Part shown: piece by piece, positions 7,257-12,636 of the stretch
Layout: every line of letters begins with the position of its first letter
How positions within the stretch are numbered: the first letter of the stretch is position 1
Source: Candidatus Thorarchaeota archaeon
GTDB lineage: Archaea > Asgardarchaeota > Thorarchaeia > Thorarchaeales > Thorarchaeaceae
Assembly (NCBI GenBank): GCA_048882385.1
Contig: JBHLRQ010000085.1
Coordinates: 1-12,636, forward strand
Direction of reading: 5' to 3'
Length of the DNA stretch: 12,636 nucleotides
The notes under the pieces: generated by a model
Seen by the model: the letters and a program-made list of their open reading frames with translations, nothing else
Told to the model about the DNA's origin: nothing
The model's database searches: none
Translations under genes and position numbers: made by a program

Positions 7257-7733
7257 TTAGTACTCTCCTGTTGACCATACAAATTCCTGTTGTACTTCAG
7301 TCTTGCCTAGAAAGAATATGACAATTATGTTAAGTACAGCCTGACCAAGCACAAGTTGAATCGCGAAGAGGATTAGGAATCCCATAAAGATTGCTGAGAT
7401 GATTGATAATACTAATTGGGTCCAACTGATAAGAATGATGGTCTGAAAATCAGTAAAATTCTCTGAATGAATTTTCCATGCATAGTAAAGCTGAGTTATT
7501 CCGAAAGGTATCATGATGAGACCTATGATTCCGGATATAAATGAACTACTGCCAAAAAAACTATCAAAAACTGACGAAAAAGGCAAGAGGAAGATATAGA
7601 ATGATGCGCCTCCAATTACTGACAAAAAAGAGCCAACCAATCCAACCATTACAAGAAGTGCGTTAAACGAATATTCAGTGAAGGCTTTTGGACCTGTTCG
7701 TTGTTGAGTAAAATCATCCCCTTCGAGAGCCAA
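7257..7733 (-). CDS. Hypothetical 4-TM membrane protein, divergent paralogue of its neighbours
   Basis: TTG start with GGAGG SD, GITQLYYAWKI, NIIVIFFLGKTEVQQEF. Confidence 0.8.
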   Translation of the reverse strand: MALEGDDFTQQRTGPKAFTEYSFNALLVMVGLVGSFLSVIGGASFYIFLLPFSSVFDSFFGSSSFISGIIGLIMIPFGITQLYYAWKIHSENFTDFQTIILISWTQLVLSIISAIFMGFLILFAIQLVLGQAVLNIIVIFFLGKTEVQQEFVWSTGEY

Positions 7734-7833
7734 TTATACTCCTCCACTCTCCAGCCCGACAATCTCACTTTTCAGTTTGTCTATTTTTCTGAATCATGTA
7801 TACTTAAGTTCCAGCGAGTGGACAGAAGAAGGG

Positions 7834-9285
7834 ATGATTACTATCCAGATTCTCTCTCATGATGATATTCAGTCAGTCCACACTGCAACACTGACCGTAT
7901 TGGAAAAGACTGGTGTTCTCGTAAGGAATAAAGCAGCCTTAGAAATGCTTCTGGAAGCAGGCTGTTCGATTGAGGAACGTATTGTAAAATTATCCCCCTC
8001 TTTAGTTGAAGAGTGCATTACTAAGGTTCCATCTTCATTTGAACTCTTTAAACGGAATGGAGAAAAAGTCTGCACAGTGGGTTCAGACAGAGTTCTTTTC
8101 AATCCTGCATCATCAGCAGTTTACATAAAAGATCGTCATACACAAGAGATTCGGAAGGGAACTTCTAATGACATAATTGAGCTAGTATGGCTAGTTGAAA
8201 ATCTCGAGCACATCGAAGCCCAGAGCACTGCACTTGTTCCTTCTGATGTTCCTGAGCAAATCTCTGGATTATATAGATTATATCTCACATTGAAGAATTC
8301 TGTGAAACCAGTTGTGACTGGAGCTTTTTCAAAAGAAGGTTTGATTGAGATGAAAAGTCTTCTAGACGTGGTGGTTGGAGGTCATGATGAGTTGAAAAGA
8401 AAACCTCGTGCAATTTTCGATTGTTGTCCAACCTCACCACTGACATGGGGAGATACTGCTTCTCAGAATTTGATGGACTGTGCTGAATTTAGTATTCCTG
8501 CAGCAATTGTACCTGCTCCCTTATCAGGAGCTACAAGTCCCATAACAATACACGGCACACTTGTTCAGGCAAATGCTGAGATTCTTGCAGGAGTAGTTAT
8601 ATCTCAGTTGAAAAATGCTGGAACTCCAATCATATACGGCGGAGCACCCGGGTCATTTGACATGAAATACGCGACCCCTAGATTCGGTGCGATTGAGGCA
8701 ATCATCACATCATGTGCATCAACGGAAATTGGGAAGTACTACGGAATACCAACGCATTCCTATCTTGGATCAAGTGACTCGAAGTCTATTGACGCTCAGA
8801 GTGGTTTCGAATCCGGAATGGGTTTGCTACTCGGAGCTCTTTCTCGAGTCAATGTAATATCAGGACCGGGAATGCTTGCTCATCTAAACTGCCAATCATT
8901 GGAGAAACTTGCCATTGACAATGAGTTGTGTGGTACAGCTTTCAGGCTCTTACGAGGTTTTGAGCTAGATGAGATTGATATCATAACAGAGCTGATTTCT
9001 AAAGTTGGTTCAAAGGGAGATTATCTGAGGCAAAAACATACCTCAAGGAGATTAAGATCTGAGCATTTTATGCCTACAAGCGTGATAGACCGTCTGAACA
9101 TTGAAACATGGATCTCAGGTGGTTCTAAGGATGCTCATCAGAGAGCCAAACAGGTTGTATCTGAGCATCTTGAAAACCATGAGCCTATTGAACTCTCAAG
9201 AGATATTGAACAACAGCTAGATAACACTCTGAAAGAGATTCTATCAAAATACAATATTCCGTATAACGAATTACCGAAGGCTTAG
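7834..9285 (+). CDS. mttB: Trimethylamine methyltransferase (MttB) superfamily protein, non-pyrrolysine type
   Basis: LS.DDI..VH..TL.VLEKTGV, TSPL, GATSPIT..GTLVQ.NAE.LAG.VISQL...GTP.IYG, FDMK, SDSK..DAQSGFES, SLEKL.IDNE. No in-frame TAG. ATG 7834 preferred over TTG 7777. Confidence 0.93.
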   Translation: MITIQILSHDDIQSVHTATLTVLEKTGVLVRNKAALEMLLEAGCSIEERIVKLSPSLVEECITKVPSSFELFKRNGEKVCTVGSDRVLFNPASSAVYIKDRHTQEIRKGTSNDIIELVWLVENLEHIEAQSTALVPSDVPEQISGLYRLYLTLKNSVKPVVTGAFSKEGLIEMKSLLDVVVGGHDELKRKPRAIFDCCPTSPLTWGDTASQNLMDCAEFSIPAAIVPAPLSGATSPITIHGTLVQANAEILAGVVISQLKNAGTPIIYGGAPGSFDMKYATPRFGAIEAIITSCASTEIGKYYGIPTHSYLGSSDSKSIDAQSGFESGMGLLLGALSRVNVISGPGMLAHLNCQSLEKLAIDNELCGTAFRLLRGFELDEIDIITELISKVGSKGDYLRQKHTSRRLRSEHFMPTSVIDRLNIETWISGGSKDAHQRAKQVVSEHLENHEPIELSRDIEQQLDNTLKEILSKYNIPYNELPKA

Positions 9286-9419
9286 AATTCTAACCTTGTT
9301 AATTTCTAGTTTCCAGATAATGAGATATTAATCAGTGAGGCGTAATTTTAATTCTGAAATCCGATATCCGCGGAAATCATTAAATTCTGCTGATGAAGTA
9401 AGAACAAGTGGTGCGTTGA

Positions 9420-9728
9420 ATGGTGGACATTGAAACATGGGCAACAGATACTTTCGAAGCAAAATACAAAGCAATGATGGGTCAAATGTCGGAAGCAGAC
9501 ATCAAGAGAAGTGCTGAACAGGTGATACACCTATGCCAATGCAGCAATTGTTCGACAAACTCAGAAACTGGAGAAATCAATGCTGTATACTGTACGTTCG
9601 GAATCAGCGAGATGAACCATGAAAAAAAGGGATGTCTATGCTCTCAATGTTCAATAACTAAAACAATGAGTCTCCGCTGGGACTATTATTGCTCTCAGGG
9701 CTCAGCTGTTGACCTTTCAGACCTATAA
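9420..9728 (+). CDS. DUF2769-like cysteine-rich putative metal-binding protein
   Basis: Eight Cys in two CxCxxC-x13-CxxG units (CQCSNC...YCTFG; GCLCSQC...YYCSQG). Family recognised from memory of the pattern. Confidence 0.8.
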   Translation: MVDIETWATDTFEAKYKAMMGQMSEADIKRSAEQVIHLCQCSNCSTNSETGEINAVYCTFGISEMNHEKKGCLCSQCSITKTMSLRWDYYCSQGSAVDLSDL

Positions 9729-9912
9729 TCAATCTAGAATTCTTGTAATTTTGCATCGAATCTCAAGAAGGGAAATTCTAAGTTTAGATTGATATGGTCT
9801 TGGCACAGTCCATTCCTAACTTGCTAGTAAATTTCTGTAGAGAAAAACTCCACTATACTAATAAGATGGTTTAATGCGACCGATTGCACCTCTTTGGAAG
9901 GGGAATGGAAAT

Positions 9913-10245
9913 ATGGGCAAATTCATAGAAGAAATTAACCTACCATACGATGAAAAAGAAGCTGCTCGGAGAATCGCTGAGTGGACAAAGATGGATGGCG
10001 TCAAACTGAAAGTCAAGAGTAAGAAGAGTAACTTCGTGAAGCTTGGCGGAAAAGTTGGAGTCATGGGCATGAGGAAAGGTGTCACTTTCGAGCTGACACT
10101 TAATCCCAATGGGATACATGCTGAATGCTGGGTTGGAGGAATGATCAAGGACTCCATCGAACCTGGAATTGGATGGGCTGGCAAGCTAGCCAAGGACAGT
10201 GCATGGGGACAATATGTGTCACTTAAAGAGAAATTAATGGCATAA
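9913..10245 (+). CDS. Hypothetical soluble protein (~110 aa, Lys/Gly-rich)
   Basis: Protein-like ORF. ATG 9913 preferred; ATG 9874 is the alternative. Closely followed by the next ORF. Confidence 0.7.
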   Translation: MGKFIEEINLPYDEKEAARRIAEWTKMDGVKLKVKSKKSNFVKLGGKVGVMGMRKGVTFELTLNPNGIHAECWVGGMIKDSIEPGIGWAGKLAKDSAWGQYVSLKEKLMA

Positions 10246-10258
10246 CTTGGTGAAAAAC

Positions 10259-10489
10259 ATGGGAGAAAGTCTTGAAAACATTCTTCCTGATCCTGAAAAT
10301 CCATTGAAAGGGTGCCTCGGTAGGAGCGTTGGCTTCTGCGGGGGCCTCTTTCTAATAATTGGTATCTCATCACTCATGTGGGGAACAGGAGCTGTCTCGC
10401 CAGTGGTTGGAGCACAATATATGACTCAAGCAGTACTTGCGTTAGCGATTGGGTTCATCCTTGTGCTCATTCAATATCGCATGGATTGA
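10259..10489 (+). CDS. Small 2-TM hypothetical membrane protein
   Basis: GGTGA SD at 10249-10253 before ATG 10259. Two hydrophobic helices. Confidence 0.7.
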   Translation: MGESLENILPDPENPLKGCLGRSVGFCGGLFLIIGISSLMWGTGAVSPVVGAQYMTQAVLALAIGFILVLIQYRMD

Positions 10490-10675
10490 TTTGGTTTATT
10501 CATTGTTTAGACCATGATTTTCCAATCACGAATCCATGACAATTATTATATCAATAGATAATATGTACAAAAAAGTACTATAGTGATTAAACTATAGCGT
10601 CTTTTTAGTTTCTTGTTATTGAACCAAACCGGTGGGTTTTATCACCAAGCAATCTGAATGGAATTTTGATTTGAG

Positions 10676-11821
10676 ATGAGATTTGGGAACCCGATACTTC
10701 GGACCATGGTGAAATTTCTCATCGTACTACTACTTCCACTTTCAATCGAGTTTCTTATTTCAAGAGGTCAGAATCAATATTTCCGTTATAATTGCGTTAT
10801 TTCAATCTTCTTGAATGCTGAACAATTCTACTACTACATAGAGTCTATTGAATTAATAACATATCAGAATATGTTTCTAGGTTCTATTATCGTGATGTCT
10901 ATTCCACTGATGTACTTCGAATACAGCATGAGAAATATGGCTCCGGATGTTTCCGCATTTCCATCAGCAATAATATTGTTTTCAATTTCTATAGCTTTAT
11001 TCAATGGGCTGGTTTCAATACAAGAATCGATATATCCCTATTACTGGTATCCATATGATATTGAAATACCTTTTACTTGGGCGATCTTTATCTTTCTTGT
11101 TTTTCCTCTCCTGATGAGAGAATCAAAGTTACTAGAAACACACATGTTAAAGGACAGACCGAAACCAACCAGATCAAGATTCAAACCCAGTAAATACTCA
11201 ATCCTTGGATATATTCTTTGTATTCTTGTGGCAATAATGCCGTATAGCTTCAATACATCTCATCGAGTAAATGATTTTGGTGAAATGGTTCTAGTTTCAC
11301 ATTCAATCGTTATCTCTCAATGGTATAGAATATACCCAACTACTAATATCATTCTTGAAAGTGGTTTCGGGATCTATACACATACATACCTTAGGAGCTT
11401 CAATCTTGAAATTACACTCCTCATCAGCCTTGGTTTCTGTATTCTCCTCCTTAGGTATTTCAAATGCATGTCCAAAAAATCAACTGCAATTTTGACGGGA
11501 TTATTTGGTGCATCTCTCCCACTCATAGATTCCATTATATTTCCAGGTAGCTCGTTTAAAGTACCAACCCCCTTCCTTTTTTTGACTGGACTTGTACTTC
11601 TGAAAATAATTCCAGTCGTAAAAGCTGAAGAGTACATATGGGATGAAATACCTGTGCAATTTTGGTATGAACCTCCAAAACTGAAATACAAAGAAGGAAT
11701 GGTTTTCGTAAAAGTTCCATTTAGGTATATTCTCCTATCCAGGTTGAGGATTCTTGGTTCCAAAAATAGTTCATCAGTATCTAAAATGAATACTAAATCA
11801 GCTACATATGATGATATTTGA
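10676..11821 (+). CDS. Hypothetical polytopic membrane protein with apparent two-fold internal repeat
   Basis: 381-aa ORF with about 8 hydrophobic segments, a basic central loop and a soluble C-terminal tail. Confidence 0.8.
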   Translation: MRFGNPILRTMVKFLIVLLLPLSIEFLISRGQNQYFRYNCVISIFLNAEQFYYYIESIELITYQNMFLGSIIVMSIPLMYFEYSMRNMAPDVSAFPSAIILFSISIALFNGLVSIQESIYPYYWYPYDIEIPFTWAIFIFLVFPLLMRESKLLETHMLKDRPKPTRSRFKPSKYSILGYILCILVAIMPYSFNTSHRVNDFGEMVLVSHSIVISQWYRIYPTTNIILESGFGIYTHTYLRSFNLEITLLISLGFCILLLRYFKCMSKKSTAILTGLFGASLPLIDSIIFPGSSFKVPTPFLFLTGLVLLKIIPVVKAEEYIWDEIPVQFWYEPPKLKYKEGMVFVKVPFRYILLSRLRILGSKNSSSVSKMNTKSATYDDI

Positions 11822-11913
11822 CAAAGATAATTCAAGTAGAGTATCAATATGGTAAATCGACGAGTTTCTTGACTGCTCCCTCGTTGGATTGAGGTTTGCT
11901 TTTCAAAAACTCA

Positions 11914-12636
11914 CTATGCGATCTCTGCTTCGTTACGCTCGATTCTTCTGATGTTCAATTCAAATTCTGTTTTGATTCCGAATCTTTCAGCAAATCCTAG
12001 GATGTATCTCCGTCTTTTTCCTTCTATTGCACCTACAAGTATTATAGCTGGAATCACCCACAAGGTGACAATAATGGGCAAGATGAACAGGAATAAAACT
12101 GCAGACCAGTGCACGTCACTTCCGTATGTACCGAGAAAATCGAAAGTAAATTGATACAAGGCAAAAATGACACCTATCCCAGCATAACCTTTCAAGAGTG
12201 CCAAGTACCATTTGCCAGTTGCCTGAACTTCAAATGAACCATACTTACTCATTAATACGATACCAGATTCATCGATTATCCAAGCAGCTGAAAAGAGGGC
12301 GAATGCAGGAGTTTGTAACAGAGCACCCAAGACAAAGAATAGAAAGATGATACTGTTCCACTGAAGATAATAGCCTTGGAATATTGGCATATCCATGATC
12401 ATCGGATTGAATATTAAGCTAAGTGTAAAGTTCGTCGCCATCAGTACTGGAAAGAATCCCATAAGCATACCATGAGATTTCTCTACATCTTGTTGATCTT
12501 GAATTGCAAAGAGGTTATTTCTCCCCATGTACTTCTTATAGACCCAGAGGAAAAGAGGCGCTAGGGCAAATCCAAGTAAGGTTCCAATAATAGCAGATAC
12601 TGGAAACAGCAAAACTACCCACCCTGCCGAGTTTGT
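11914..12636 (-). CDS. Hypothetical polytopic membrane protein, 5' end outside the window
   Basis: The frame stays open from TTG 12612 to the window edge (TNSAGWVVLLFP...), so the track start is probably internal. At least 5 TM segments, WIIDESGIV, KGYAGIG. Confidence 0.8.
   Translation of the reverse strand, partial: TNSAGWVVLLFPVSAIIGTLLGFALAPLFLWVYKKYMGRNNLFAIQDQQDVEKSHGMLMGFFPVLMATNFTLSLIFNPMIMDMPIFQGYYLQWNSIIFLFFVLGALLQTPAFALFSAAWIIDESGIVLMSKYGSFEVQATGKWYLALLKGYAGIGVIFALYQFTFDFLGTYGSDVHWSAVLFLFILPIIVTLWVIPAIILVGAIEGKRRRYILGFAERFGIKTEFELNIRRIERNEAEIA

Noticed and set aside
8761-9309. Pyrrolysine read-through in mttB
   Set aside because: No internal TAG. The terminal TAG (9283-9285) follows a complete C-terminus and another stop comes 8 codons later.
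9350-9440. Hammerhead ribozyme or C/D-box RNA (CTGATGA near 9390, GAAA nearby)
   Set aside because: The required stems and NUH site could not be formed, and there is no properly spaced downstream D box.
10575-10600. ACTATAG repeated twice (one as palindrome ACTATAGT) upstream of the 381-aa gene
   Set aside because: Short and AT-rich; could arise by chance.
411-12154. Remaining short ORFs in the track (e.g. 411-593, 701-886, 1411-1737, 5389-5742, 5758-6204, 6306-6701, 9858-10373, 11374-11847)
   Set aside because: Antisense or alternate-frame shadows of better-supported genes, with no motifs of their own.

Overview
Archaeal chromosomal window, most likely Asgard/Thorarchaeota-type. This is inferred from two membrane-anchored GNGS..P(Y/F)-type beta-helix surface proteins, a non-pyrrolysine MttB, GGAGG/GGTGA ribosome-binding sites, TTG starts and TATA-like boxes. 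In order, it holds: an edge-truncated M32 carboxypeptidase missing from the ORF track, an EamA/DMT transporter, a thioredoxin, two convergent NosD/CASH beta-helix proteins, an isoaspartyl peptidase/asparaginase, three tandem divergent 4-TM paralogues, an orphan MttB-family methyltransferase, a DUF2769-like 8-Cys protein, and several hypothetical proteins. The most unusual feature is the ~320-nt zone between the two convergent beta-helix genes (3549-3873), which is packed with base-paired elements. One is a ~140-nt three-way-junction fold whose mismatches read as G-U wobbles on the minus strand and which ends in ...CACCA; it is a candidate ncRNA or MITE-like insertion. No rRNA, canonical tRNA, CRISPR array or transposase was seen. 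All structures were found by eye, not computed.
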